A DNA stretch of 64,000 nt from Eledone cirrhosa (taxonomy: Eukaryota): assembly GCA_964016885.1 (NCBI GenBank), contig OZ024743.1, positions 351,664,001 to 351,728,000 on the forward strand. Direction: 5' to 3'. The stretch's first letter is position 1, and the number at the start of each line of letters is the position of its first letter. The position numbers and the translations under genes were made by a program. Below the pieces are notes generated by a model. The model made no database searches and was not told where the DNA came from. It worked only from the letters and a program-made list of their open reading frames with translations. This document shows positions 39,461 through 52,940 of the stretch, in pieces.

Positions 39461-39904
39461 TTTATATCTGTATTTTTAACTGTTGGTCAGTCAATGATAA
39501 ACATTGATTGCCAAATAAATTAACTATGGAGATATAAAAGATACAGAAGCGAAAACCAACCAAACAGTGAGCGTGTTCTATTATTATTTCTGTCAATATT
39601 ATTACAACAATATGACCCTCTCCAAGTATAACAATATTTGTTTCGACACACGATTTCATATTAAAAACCTTGCAAAACAAATATATACGTATGTATGTGT
39701 GTTAAGTATTTCCGCAGAAAAGTTAAACGCGTAGGACGTTTCTGTAAGGATCGTTTAGTTTCTTGAAAACTTTAGTAATGGAATAATTATATTGTGTTGT
39801 TTATGTTACGATCGTTTCTAGGATGTATATGTGTGTTGGTATGTATATCATATAGATCTATGTAAAAATATTACAAAGTATCAGGAAATATATATACTTT
39901 CACA

Positions 39905-40282
39905 TATGGCTTAGTGGTTAGAGCATTGGCCTTGCAATCGAAAGGTTGTGAGTTCAATTCTCAAACCGGGTGATGTGTTGTTTCCTTGAGCAAAACACTT
40001 TATTTAAAATTGCTCCAGTTCACTCAGCTGTAGAAATGAGAAGATATGACTAGGGTCCATGTCATTCCACTGCAAAATGGTCGTGGAGGTGCCATGGCAA
40101 AAAAGCAGGCAGCCCACACTATAAAGTGGACGTGTAGGCGCCACGGAAAAAAAGCACCCATCACTCACTGTAAATGAGGTTGGTGTTAGGAAGGGCATCC
40201 AGCTGTAGAAATCAAGCCAGAATCAGTTCCCGTCCCACCCTTGCAAGCAGGGAAAAGCGAACGTAAAATGATGATGATGATA
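39905..40282 (+). mobile_element. SINE family B copy
   Basis: tRNA-like head plus RTE-type tail; close to 24450-24785. Confidence 0.85.
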
Positions 40283-41289
40283 TACATGCTGTCTTCAGAA
40301 ATGATGAGATTTGTTTATTGAAAAAAAACAACAAAGATTTAATATAATAGGTCTGTTTGGGAACAGGTTTTGATTTGACCAATAGAAAAGTAGTTAGAGG
40401 TGAAATTGGGACCAGCAATGCTTTATTCCCCTCATATCTAGCTGAATTTCTTTGGCGGCAGAGAGTTGGTGCCAACAAGTTTCGCGAAATGCTAAACTGT
40501 ATTGGAGCTATTTACAGGGTGTAGTAAAGATTTTAATAAGGTTGGTAAATTTAAATTTATATGCAACAAACGTTTAAATATGTAATTTTTTTCAACACAC
40601 ACAGAACGGACAGTATCAACAACAACATTTACAATCGAAAATGAAAATAATTAATTGTTTCTATTTTAGGCACAAGGCCAGCAATTACCCAGTACATTAC
40701 TGGTACTTTATTTTATCGACCCCGTAAGGATGAAAGGAAAATGAAAATAATTAATGACAATAAATGTAGTTTCATTTTCATGACGTTGAAAATGAAAATA
40801 AATTTACTTTCATTCTTCAGACCGTTAAAAGTCAGGTATGCCAATGTGTGTATATAATATACATATACACGTGATGTCTTCTTTCCATACTGGCATAAGT
40901 TGGACGGGTAGTCTCCGTTCTAGGTTAGATAGGTTGGAGAACCACGTCTCACTTAATATATTTCATTTTTTGCATGGCTTCTACAACTGAGTATCCTGTA
41001 AGAGCCGACACATATACGTAGTCACCTCCCTCAATTTACACCATATTGTTTTAACAAAAGAATGCATTGGATAATGCAATCCTAAATTTACTGTCTCAAA
41101 ATAAAACGGGATGGTCACGACTAGGAATAATTTTATCATAGTTTTGCAGGATGTGGACTAATCTAAACAATATAACAAAAACTATATATAAAGAAAAATT
41201 ATAATCGATTAACATCAGCTGTATAACATTACCAAACATGTTAATATTATGAAGACTGCACATGACGTGGCACCAAAAATATCAGACTC

Positions 41290-42150
41290 ACCAAAAACCA
41301 CAGAATTTACAGGATTCCAAGGAAAAGAATAAACATTCGCGATTCCCGCGTTATTATACCGGAAGTGAGTGCCAAGGAAGGTAACTCTATCATGCTATTT
41401 TAGTTAACTTTACTTTTGTGGGGGTAAATTTATAGAACACCCGCCTTATTTCAGGGGAAAATAATTATTTTTCTTCGTTTTTTCGTGGGCTGACAACAGA
41501 TCTGAACTAACAACTCTCCCCCGTCTGACGTGGAGATCTCCCACCCACTTTGATGTGGGTGAGAGATGTTTTGTGAAAATAGGTATCGCTTTCATTACGT
41601 AAAATCTCCTCATTTTGCCTCATTTGTTCCCGTTTGGGGGCACTTTTTTTCACGATATTCCCCGTTTAGGTTTTTAGAGGCTGGCAGGTTTGTAACAACT
41701 AAACTTACCTCTGAATTTGCTGCTAAGACATTTTTCCCCTGAAAAACGGAGGGCGAACCTCGGATTTTTCACACACACACTTTCCCTGGATTTTTCTTTA
41801 CCATTTTTTCTTCCAATTTTTTCGAGTGTTACCAACCAATCTTACCTCCGAACACGCTGCAAATGACTTTCTCCCCGGAAAATGGTGGGTGGGGGGGAGT
41901 ATCCTCTGATTCCCCCCATCTCTCCCGAAATTTTCTTTACCGATTTCTTTTTTTTTTTTTTCGCGTTTTATACCGAATATGACCTCCAAGCCAGTCGGAA
42001 ACGACTCGCTTTGTGGGAAAAAAGAATGTGGTGGAAAGACCCTCGGAGTTTAACAGATCTACATCCCTCCTTGCGTTTTAGAAGGAAATATTTTTTTTTC
42101 GCGCGCAATGAACGAATCTGACCTCCAAACGCACCGCAATCAGCTTTTTT
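41290..42150. promoter_or_regulatory. Probable bidirectional ORC4/MPST promoter with candidate non-coding first exons
   Basis: Locally CpG-rich unique sequence; ETS motif CCGGAAGT (about 41359); E2F-like TTCCCGCG (41343) and TTTCGCGC (about 42097); minus-strand donors at 41291 and 41708; plus-strand donor AAG/GTAACT near 41381. Confidence 0.5.
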
Positions 42151-42249
42151 TTTATTGGAGGGAGAAACCTACGGAGCTTTATTGTTTTCTTTACAATTTT
42201 TTTTTCTTGTGTTAACAACGAATCCGATCTCATATTTTACTTAAAATAA

Positions 42250-42430
42250 TAATTGTTTCTACTTTTGGCACAAGGCCAGCAATTACCCAGAGCATTACTG
42301 GTACTTTATTTTATCGACCCCGTAAGGATGAAAGGCAAAGTTAACCTCGGCGGGATTTGAACTCAGAATGGCAAGGGCCGTAACTCTATACGTCAAAGCA
42401 TGGCATCCGACCCTCTACCGATACTGCCAA
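42250..42430 (-). mobile_element. SINE family A copy
   Basis: Near-identical reverse complement of 60722-60897. Confidence 0.75.
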
Positions 42431-43198
42431 AATAATAATGAAATTATTGTGTACAACCAACAAGCCTTAAAATTAAAAAGAAAATAATATTAAATTATAC
42501 TAATGTGATTTGAAGCATTGAAATTATTTTATGCAGTAGAAGGGCAGTCCTGTATGTCTTCGATCTTTGGATACGTAGCAAGTTCATTCAAAGTAATGAT
42601 TTATTGGGAGGCCTGTGGAGTCGAGGGACCTACCACAGCGACATCAGGCCCCAACAGACATCGGCTCCCACTCGAAGTGCAATGGTGTAGCGGAGCTCGT
42701 CCTGACTGAGAAGACCACTAACGTTGGCTACAGTGTCTTGGGGTTAATGAGATTTAAGCTTAAGCTAAACTAGCTACAATTTAAAGTCTCACAGAGGTTT
42801 CAAAATAATCGAATAGAATATATTTTTTTTATTTTGTTTAATCTTTTCGATATATTTTTTTAACACGATGCCTTTATATAGCTTAGGACCTTACTCAATC
42901 TAAATCCGGCATTATGAGGAAGCGATCTTTAGATCTGTTGGCCGAAAGCTTGCAATAGTGTTGACTCCGCTAAACGTGTCAAGGTGATGGGAAAATCTAA
43001 ACTAGAATAGGAATTTAAAAACTGCAAAAAGCCTAAAAATTGAAAAAGAAATTTAAAACGTGAAAACACAGAGAGAGAGAGTGTGTGTAGCGTTTATTTA
43101 CGTTTTATCTCGTCAGGGGGGAATAACTCTTAAAACTGCCTTAAACTTATACGAGAGCAGAAGACGTTCAGTAAACTTTAGATTTGGAGAAATTAAAC

Positions 43199-43781
43199 AT
43201 GTTGAAGAACTCAGCTGTTGTGTCAGTAAAATGGTTGGCATCAAAAATAGCTTCACGCGATTCACACATTCGTATTTTGGATGGATCTTTCCATATGCCA
43301 GCGGCTAATCGTGATCCAAAGGCAGAGTACACAGAAAGTCACATTCCTGGTGCCCTTTTTTTCGATATTAATGATTGTGCAGATAAGAAATCCGACTACC
43401 CCCACATGTTACCGTCATCCAAAGAATTTGAAAACTATGTGAGTCGAATGGGAATTAAAAACAATAGCCATGTTGTTGTCTATGATACCAGTGAAAACCT
43501 TGGTCTTTTCTCTGCAGCTCGTGTTTGGTGGACCTTCCGAGTATTTGGCCACGATCTCGTGTCAGTGTTAGACGGAGGGTTACCTAAATGGCTTTCATTA
43601 AACCATCCGGTCACAAGCGAAGAGGAGAAATTGCCACCGTCTACGTTTATAGCCAAATACCGTCCAGACCTTGTTAAGAATTTTAACGATATCAACAAAA
43701 ATATCAACAATAAAGTCAGCCAGGTTGTTGATGCACGTTCCAAAGGCAGATTTCAAGGAATTGATCCAGAACCCCGTGCAG
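43199..43781 (+). CDS. MPST: 3-mercaptopyruvate sulfurtransferase / rhodanese, coding exon 1
   Basis: VSVKWL..HIPGALFFDI..YPHMLPS..AARVWWTFRVFGH..VLDGGLPKW..VDARSKGRFQGIDPEPR; acceptor at 43181; donor G/gtaaat. Confidence 0.95.
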
Positions 43782-45075
43782 GTAAATTCTTGTTTTTGGT
43801 ACTACATTTGTGCGATTGTTGTTCTTTCAGAGTTAATAAATTAGTTAACATAATTAGCGAAAAACAGTCCCCAAAATAATGGAGAAATGCATGTTTATTT
43901 ATATATATTTTTCAATATTTGATGTATTTACTTTTATTAGTCTCAATTTAAACATCGCAGATAACTGACCTACACATGTTCGAGTAATGCCTTACATCTC
44001 TTTCACTACACAACTAATCCTATTCATATAACTATACTGGACCCATGGAACACCATCAAGGAAGAGGGGAATTGCTTTCAGCTCGAATTGTATCATTTGA
44101 AATTCTATTGGAACCACAAGAACAATATACTAACCTCTAAATTGTGTTAAAGGTCGGAAGCTCACCAGTTCGCGGTTGTGACTCTGTGTCCACAAACACG
44201 CGTGATATGTATGTTTCATGTAACATAAGTAGTAATGTCCTGAATGTCGTACACATTCTTAATTAAAATTCCCCTCTTTGTTAGGGAGCCTCCGAGATAA
44301 AAGGAGATAATTTTAAGAAATTAAAAATTTATCCCCCTGAGTTAATTCACATGCTTAGGGAAATGAGATATTTGTTAACAAGTGACAACTATGGACATGT
44401 TTCGTTCTATTAGATCTCATTAGTATAGTCTATCCAAGCCTGACTGATCTTTTGACAAAGATGTAGTATAATGTGCATAATTAAAAAGTAGAATGAGCTG
44501 GAACAAATACCACACAACACTTCTTCCAATGTTCTCGCAATTCCACCAATCTACCACGCGGAGCTGGTACTTTATTATGATAAACGCACCCAGTACATGT
44601 AAAGTGATTGGTGATAAGAAAGTATCCAGCAGTATAAAACTTGCCAAACAAAGGGTTGAGAGGAACCTTCAAAGAAATGAGAACTTTCCTGTAAAGATAG
44701 AGAATGGGACTATATATAAGCGAGGTGCATCCCCCTAGCCTGTCTGGGAAGCCCATAGACCCACTTTAGTATTGACCCAGTCTGTGAAAACTCATCCAAC
44801 CCTTGCTAGCAGGGAAAGCAGATGTTAATGATGGTGATGTGAAAGACAAAGTATTTTAATTCAGAGAGTGAGAATAAATATAATGCATTATGTTCTTACA
44901 ACTCTGTTAATTTGCTTATGGCTGACTTGTACATGCTACTGCTTTCTAGTTAAATTTATAGTGGGTGAAATGGAAACTAATTTTCCTGCAAGCTGAGTCC
45001 ACAACTAAGTTTCTGTTGTGAGATGCAAGAATCAAAAACCAAAAATAAATATATCACTGGTAAATTACTCTGAGT

Positions 45076-45232
45076 CAGTGCTGGATTTAGGACAAATGAA
45101 GCCCTGTGCTACTTAAGTTATGAGGCCTCTTACTTGGGTCCTGAAGGAGGTAAACAAATTTTTTGGCAGGAAGATGGGCCCCGCCTGGCCAATGAAGCCC
45201 TCTGCTTAAGCACAATAGTAAATCCAGGACTG
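45076..45232. mobile_element. hAT-type MITE
   Basis: TIRs CAGTGCTGGATTTA / TAAATCCAGGACTG with near-identical 8-bp TSDs CTCTGAGT / CTCAGAGT. Confidence 0.75.
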
Positions 45233-45586
45233 CTCAGAGTCCATCTATATACATCTTACTTGTATATATTTATCAAAATTCCTAATAATTGTTGTAATTA
45301 ACTCATAATGTCCTGTCCCACATCAAACCGCATTAGTAAGAAATTCTTGAAAACTACAAAATAGCACTATGACTGCATGACATTAATAATTTTGTCTTTA
45401 CTTTATGCTACACATTTTCATAATAATTTGTCCACTAATACAGATGCTATAAACGTTTGAATTAACAAGTCTGTTTTTAGATATTATCTGTTTAATAATT
45501 ACAGGATGTTAAAATCTAAGGAGACAAAATGGCTGCAGCAAAATATGTTTATAAAGTTTTTTTTTTCTTTTCTCTTTTCTTTTTAG

Positions 45587-45745
45587 ATATCAAATCAGGT
45601 CATTTTCAAGGTGCTACTAATATTCCTTTTACCAGTATTCTGGACCCTAAAACTAAAACCATTCTAAAGAAAGACGACCTCCTAAAAGTGTTTGAAAATG
45701 CTAAAACAGATTTAAATAAACCAATTATTGCATGTTGTGGGTCAG
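45587..45745 (+). CDS. MPST: MPST coding exon 2
   Basis: Long polypyrimidine tract plus AG; encodes DIKSGHFQGATNIPF..KPIIACCGS; donor G/gtaag; phase 1/1. Confidence 0.95.
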
Positions 45746-45992
45746 GTAAGATTCTGTTGATGTTAATTCTAAACAAGAAAAAAAAAGATTTTCTCAGATT
45801 CTAATATGAGTGTGTAAGTGTGTTTCTGCATCAACAGCATCACCAGCATCATTTTACATTCATTTTCCATACTGGCATGGGTTGGACAGTTTGACACAGT
45901 TCAAGACTATGCTGGTCAGATAACCACATCTTGATCATATGTTCCATATTTGGCATGGTTTCTACAACCGAATGCCCTTCCTAATGCGTTAA

Positions 45993-46202
45993 CCCTTTAG
46001 CATTCATATTACTCTATATATACTATTATACTTTCATGGTAAACGCTTTACCTCACATAATTATGTCACATAATATCGAATCTATGAAATTTTGAAAGTA
46101 TTTATTTTGAGAACAATACCTTAACATCAGTTTGAGCGCCCAGTTACAGCCAGTTTCAACAGAAAGAAGTAGAGAATTCTGGCCGGTTTGAACATTAAAG
46201 GG
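45993..46202. mobile_element. piggyBac-type MITE (second copy, opposite orientation)
   Basis: TTAA-CCCTTTAGCATT...AAAGGG-TTAA; interior matches the reverse complement of 10080-10295. Confidence 0.72.
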
Positions 46203-46834
46203 TTAAAGAATGTACTGGGTGCATTTTTCATGTTTCCAGCTCCATGACTTTATAGTGTACTGAGTGTACTGTATCATTAGCACTAGAGAGGTTGTCATGT
46301 ATTTGCCAAGACAGAAAAGTCCTCTTTACCCTATATTGTCACCGTTTAATTGCCAGTCACTTTATCATTATATATAATGCAAATTATTTATACAGTTCTG
46401 TCATTACTACTATTGATGGTATTGGGACACAAAGGAGAAGTAGATAGGCTTACTAGCTCTTATATCATCATCATTATTATCATCACTGTTTGTATGGGTT
46501 AGACAGGTCAGATGACCATGTTTCACTCATACATTCCATTCTGGCATGAGCTGAGAAGGTATATATATATATAGGCATCGGCCACAGTCATACATGGATC
46601 TAATACACAGGCAAGCGAAAGACTTCTATAAGAACACTCTTCTGCTACTTATAACTCTTTATACATATTTGTACACCTTCTCTTAATTATTACTGTTGTT
46701 ATTATCATTATTACTTCTGCTGTATACATGTGTGTGTGTGTGGGTGTACACTGGTGTGTGCCCCGCCTCCATATATATATATATATGCATGCGTGTCTGT
46801 TTATATGTGTATATGGGCACACGCACACACGTGT

Positions 46835-47265
46835 ATATCATCATCATCATCATTGATTAACATCTATCTTCCATGCTAGCATGGGTTAGTCCCATTTAGA
46901 AGCAAGTTAGGTCAGGTGTGCGTGTCTTGCCCATATAGGAGAGTTTATGGCTAGTTTTCAATGGATGGATGCCCTTCCTAACGCCAACCACACTGACAGT
47001 GGGTGCTTTTTGCCGTGTCTTTTACACGTCCACTTTCCAGTGTGGGTTGGGGGGGGTATACTGTACATATGCTTATGCTTGTGGCAAGTCGGGTCGTCTT
47101 TTATCACCTCATCCCAGGCTCCCTGTGTCTCTCCATTCCAAGGCTTCCAACGACTTTGAGCACTCTGCACTTTTTTATGCAGCTGTCATCCTTCATACGC
47201 AATACATGTCTATACCAACACAATCTCCTGCACACAACATTTGATTCCTCTTATGCCTAGATTCT
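46835..47265 (-). mobile_element. RTE LINE 3' fragment
   Basis: WDEVIK remnant, RTE-type 3' UTR and GAT tail. Confidence 0.7.
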
Positions 47266-47286
47266 GTCTTTATATATATATATATT

Positions 47287-47331
<45 letters not shown>

Positions 47332-47519
47332 GTGTGAGAGTGTGTGTGTAAATGTGAGCATGCATGTGTTGTATGTATATTTATGTATGTATGTATGTAC
47401 TGTATATGTATGTATGTATGTATGTATGATATGATGTACTGTATATATATGTATGTATGTATGTCAGGTCACCAGTTGGTACTACTGGTAACATGTATCC
47501 CAGTACAAACTGTTTCATG

Positions 47520-50500
47520 GTCGGGTCGTTAGCGACTAAACTGGCAACCCCACCAAGATTTCTTGGTGAGGAGGGTGACTTTGGACATCCTGCAGGACTA
47601 AAAACAAAACCTGTCAAAGAGCAAAGGAGCTCTTAAGAGTCAATGGCCATCCAAAATCACCGGGAGAGATGACCCCTTAGCCTTTGTCAAGGCAGAATTC
47701 TAAGAGAAGGAAAACTGTGATATAACACCTGCAACCCTGATGGTATCCAATGATGTTGACTTGTTCTTCTTTTTGGTAAATATCATCTTGGTCAAGAGAG
47801 TGGGACTGGCATTGCTTTATATCTGGAGATCTCTCTGCACTTGTCGTCACATGGTACCATGGGCCCAGCACTATGTGTCAATAATTGTCACAAGTGTAGT
47901 GTTTGTACCAGAGCTTTCAAGTCGCTGGCTGGACTAAAAAGTCACACTCGTTCAGCGCATCGGTAGGAGTTCTCCTACATGGATATAAAGTAGTGGCCGT
48001 ACTTGAAAACGAGTTGGCAGCCACCATGTATATCAGGAAGACCTGGGATGAGGTGATACAAGCCAACCTTGCCCAATGGCACCTATCAAAGGAGATGACA
48101 CATGACCGGAATCTCGGACGATTTGCAGTAATACGGATTACCAGACGTTATTAAAGACAGGTTCTATGAGTCGCTAATGCTCACTACCTCCCAGATATCC
48201 AACAGTGACTATATAATTATTGCTGGCGACCTTAATGGTCATGTTGGACAACATTGTGATGGCTATGATGGAGGCTATGGGTTTGGTACTAGAAATGAAG
48301 AAGGCTTCAGGATCCTGGAATTCTGTGGTGCAAATGACCTTATAAAGAAATATATCTGTAACACAAACTTCAAAAAACTTAACAGTCACTTGATCGCTTA
48401 TAGATCAGGGGAGCACACCAGCCGGATAAATGTTATCCTTACTAGAAAACGAGACAGAGTGTCTGTTATGAACACTAAGTCCCTCCCTCGCGAAGAATGC
48501 GCCTCCCAACATAACTTAATTGTTAGTGACCTCCTAGTCAGGGCGAGATGTACTTGCCGGCAGAGCAATACCTTAAAGAGAAGATTATGGAAGTTGAAGA
48601 ACCCCACAGCCAGTAACAAATTTAAAAGCATATTACTTGATGCTTTTGATAGTAAGGAAGAGCAATTAGAGACATACAATATGGAGGAACAGTGGGAATT
48701 CCTGAAAGTTAACCTATTGAAGGTGACTGATGAAATCTGTGGCTGGAGCAGACCGTTAGGCAGGAGGAGTGTGACATGTGGTGAAACAGTAAGGTGGAGG
48801 AGTCCATCAAAGGCAAAAAGCAGGCTTGGAAAGAATGGCAGGATGGGGGTAGTAAAGAACTCTATCAAGTAGCTAGGAGAGAAGCTAGACAACTAGTATA
48901 CTTTGCAAGGAGGGAAGCAGAGGATAGTAAGTTCAAAGATGTGAGGTGTTCAGGATTGCGAAGCAATGTGTCAAGGACAATTGATATTGTTGGGGGGGGG
49001 GGGGGGGGGGTCCGTAATGACGATGGTATACTTGCCCTCACTGATAGTGATAAGAAGGTAGCTTGGAAGTGTCACTACGAGAGACTACTGAATGAGGAGA
49101 ATGAATGGAATAAAGATAGTCTGCCCCACATTGATCCAACAGAAGGACCAGCTGTGCAAGTTAATGGTAGTATAGTAAGTAAGGCAATCAGAGATATGAA
49201 GACAGGCAAGGCAGCTGGGCCTTCGGGGATAGTTGCTGAAATGTTGAAGGTATCTGGAATGGTGGGACATACGATGGTCAGCGGATAGTAAACCAAGTAA
49301 TACAGAATGGGTCATACCAAATGACTGGCGTAGCAACAGCATCATCAACTGTTACAAGGGCAAAGGAAACACCCTGGATAGAGGAAACTATAGGGGCATT
49401 AAATTAGTTGACCAGGTCATAAAAGTCAGAGAAAGAGTTATTACTCAACTAATTAGGGACTGAATTGATATAGATGAAATGTAGTTTGGGTTTGTGCCAG
49501 GTAAAAGTACCACGGATGCTCTTTTCCTTGTACAGCAACTACAGGAGAAGTACCTAGCTAAAAGTACTACTTAGCTTTTGTTGACTTGGAAAAGGCCTTT
49601 GACAGAGTCCCACACATCTTAATCTGGTGGGCTCTTAGAAAACTAGGAGTAGCTGAATGGCTTGTGAGAGCTAGACAAGCCATGTATAGAGGAACTGTCA
49701 GCAAGATTAGAATTCACAAGGGATATAGTGAAGAATTTAGCATAGTAGTAGGGGTTCACCAGGGGTCCGTCTTTAGCCCCCTCCTGTTTATTATTGTCCT
49801 ACAGAAGGGTTTAAGACTGTCTGCCCATGGGAACTTCTATATGCAGATGGTCTAACTCTTATAGCTGAATCCATGGCTGAACTAGAGAAGAAGTTCCAAA
49901 CATGGAAGCATGGCCTAGAATCACAAGGCCTTAGAGTCAACTTGTAGAAAGGAGAATAGGGCACAGGTGCCCTCTAGGAAATGGCCATGCTCAGTGTGTA
50001 AGAAAGGAGTAGGTAGAAATTCCATTCTATGCTCCAAATGCAATCTATGGGTACTTAAAGATGTAGTGGGATCACAGGTAAACTATCTAAGAATGTAGAT
50101 TTTATATGTGGCTGATGCTGAAGGACGCACTGGATGCTAACTCCTTCAACTGCCCAGATGGTTCTATAGAAATAGTAGACACTTTCTGTTGCTTGGTTGA
50201 CAAAATCAGCAGTGGAGGAGGCTGCTCTGAAAGTGTAGTAGCCAGAGTTAGAACGGGATGGAAAAAGTTCAGAGAGCTAATAATGCTGTTGGCCACAAGG
50301 GTTTTTTTCTCTAAAAATGAAAGGCAGATTGTATGATGCTTGTATACGAACTGTGATATTACATTATAGTGCGACCTGGGTGTTGTGTGCTGTTGACTTG
50401 TGTAGATTAGAAAGAAATGAAGCTTGCATATTCCAATGGAGGTATAATAGTAATGTGCGTGAACGGCAAAGCATAAACAAATTGAGAGAGGGACTAAGTA

Positions 50501-50815
50501 TCTAATGTTGTGTTCTGGAGAGGAGATTGCGTTGGTATGACCATGTGATGCGTATGAAGGATGACAGCTGTATAAAAAAAGTGCAGAGCAATGAAAATTG
50601 ATGGAAGCTACAGAGTGAGTAGACCAAGAAAAACTTGGGAGGTGGTGATAAAAACTGACCTTGCTCACTTACACCTCTCTAAAACAATGTCACTGGATCG
50701 AGATCTTTGGCGCCATGCAGTTGTACAGAAGACCTGCTTCCTTTGCATACAAACCTAGTCAGTAGGCACCTCTTAACCCAATATACATCCCACACACCCT
50801 ATCCCATCCTCCCAT
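47520..50815 (+). mobile_element. Near full-length decayed RTE LINE
   Basis: AP endonuclease (IIAGDLNGHVG, GFGTRNEEG), RT motifs, Cys-rich insert and C-terminus spread over frameshifted ORFs. Confidence 0.9.
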
Positions 50816-50819
50816 TTCC

Positions 50820-52940
50820 GAAGGCAATCAAAGATATGAAGACGGGTAAGGTGGCTGGGCCTTCGGAAATAGTTGTCGAGATGCTGAAGGCATCTGGTAC
50901 GGTGGGACACACCATGGTCACCCGGATAGTTAACCAAGTTGTACAGAATGGGGTTGTTCCGAAGGACTGGCGTAGCAGCATCATCGTTAACTGTTATAAG
51001 GGTAAAGGAGATGCCCAAGATAGGAGTAACTATAGAGGCATTAAATTAATCGACCAGGTCATGAAGGTCACGGAAAAAGTAATAGCGCAACTAATCAGAG
51101 AGAATTGATCTAGATGAAATGCAGTTCGGGTTTGTGTCAGGCAAAAGTACCACAGACGCTCTTTTCATTGTATGACAACTACAGGAGAAGTACCTAGCTA
51201 AAAGTAAACCCCTATACTTAGCTTTTGTCGACTTGGAGAAAGCCTTCGACAGAGTCCCCCGTTCCATTATCTGGTGGGCTCTTAGAAAACTAGGTGTTGA
51301 CGAATGGCTTGTGAGAGCTATACAAGCCATGTATAAAGAAACAGTCAGCAAGGTTAGAATTAACAACGAATATAGTGAAGAGTTTAGCGTAAAAGTTGGT
51401 GTCCATCAGGGCTCTGTTCTCAGCCCCCTACTATTTATTATTGCCCTTCAGGCTATAACAGAGGAGTTCAAGACCGGTTGCCCATGGGAACTCCTATACG
51501 CAGATGACCTAACACTCATAGCTGAATCAATGGCCGAGCTAGAGAAGAAATTCCAAACATGGAAGCACGGCCTAGAATCAAAAGGCCTTAAAATTAACCT
51601 GGCTAAGACTAAAGTTCTAGTTTGTAAGAAAGAAAATAAGGCGGCGGTCCCTTCCGGGAAGTGGCCATGCTCAGTGTGTAGGAAAGGCGTAGGTAGAAAC
51701 TCCATTTTGTGTCCCAAATGCAAAGTATGGGTGCATAAAAGATGTAGTGGGATCACAGGTAAGCTAACCAAGAACATAGATTTTACATGTGGCCGGTGCT
51801 CTGGTGCAATAAGTAGCAGCAAGTGCCCACAAAATACTAGCTCTTTCAACTGAGCAGAGGGTTCTATAGAAATAGTGGACAGCTTCCGTTACCTGGGTGA
51901 CAAAATCAGCAGTGGGGGAGGGTGCTCTGAAAGTACAGTAGCTAGAGTCAGAACTGGATGGAAAAAGTTCAGAGAGCTTATACCACTATTGGCCGCTAAA
52001 GGGTTCTCCCTAAAAATGAAAGGCAGGTTGTATGATGCCTGCATACGAACAGCAATGTTGCATGGCAGTGAGACCTGGGCATTGTGTACAGAGGATATAC
52101 GCAGACTAGAGAGGAACAAAGCTTGCATGCTCCGCTGGATGTGTAATAGTAATATACGTGAACGGCAAAGCATAAACGAACTAAGGAAAAAATTAGAAAT
52201 AAGAGGGATCAGATGTTGTTTACTCGAGAGAAGGCTACGTTGGTATGGTCACGTGATGCGCATGAAAGACGATAGCTGTATAAAAAAGTGCAGGGCAATA
52301 AAGATAGACGGTAGCCACGGAATAGGCAGACCCAGAAAAACCTGGGATGAGCTGATAAATTCCGACCTCCCACACTTACACCTCTCCAAGACAATGTCAC
52401 TGGACCGAGACCTTTGGCGGTACTCAGTAATAGAGAAGACCCGCCTTACCTAAATACAAAGTAAAAGCTACTACAGTCAGTAGGCATCTCTAACAAAATA
52501 CACCCCCGTCGCACCACCCCCCCTTTCAATGTAAAGTTATGTTGGTGCCACAACATCCAGGCCGAAACAAATGAGATCGTGTAGGTGTCACGACAAAAAA
52601 CACACAGTCCACGCTGTAATGTGGCCGTGTAGGCAACACGGTAAAAACCTCCCAGCCCCACACTGTAAATGTGGTTGGTGTTAGGAAGGGCATCCAGCCG
52701 TAGAAAACCCGCCAGACAGTCCACACTGTAATGTGGCCATGTAGGCAACACGGTAAAAACCTCCCAGCCCCACACTGTAAATGTGGTTGGTGTTAGGAAC
52801 GGCATCCAGCTGTAGAAAACCCGCCAGACAGTCCTATGCGAGCAAGACAATCACTCTTGCCTCAAGTGGGAAATACCCCCGTCCAAACCCATGCAAGCGT
52901 GGAACATGGACGTTAAACGTTGATGATGATGATGATGATA
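50820..52940 (+). mobile_element. 5'-truncated young RTE LINE (family R1)
   Basis: RT with YADD, intact Cys/His insert, full 3' UTR and GAT tail; few disruptions; highly similar to 1657-2983. Confidence 0.95.

Noticed and set aside
42910-42958. Hammerhead-like remnant ATGAGGAAG..CGAAAGCTT
   Set aside because: Core C3 is lost, stems I and II pair poorly and no PLE ORF is adjacent; at best a dead relic.
43782-43879. ORF-track extension of MPST beyond the donor, and its TTG start at 43184
   Set aside because: Intron read-through; homology resumes at 45587 and the ATG is at 43199.
47520-47720. Possible HDV-like ribozyme in the RTE 5' UTR
   Set aside because: Only a simple hairpin (CACCAAGA/TCTTGGTG) is visible; the nested double pseudoknot could not be built by eye.
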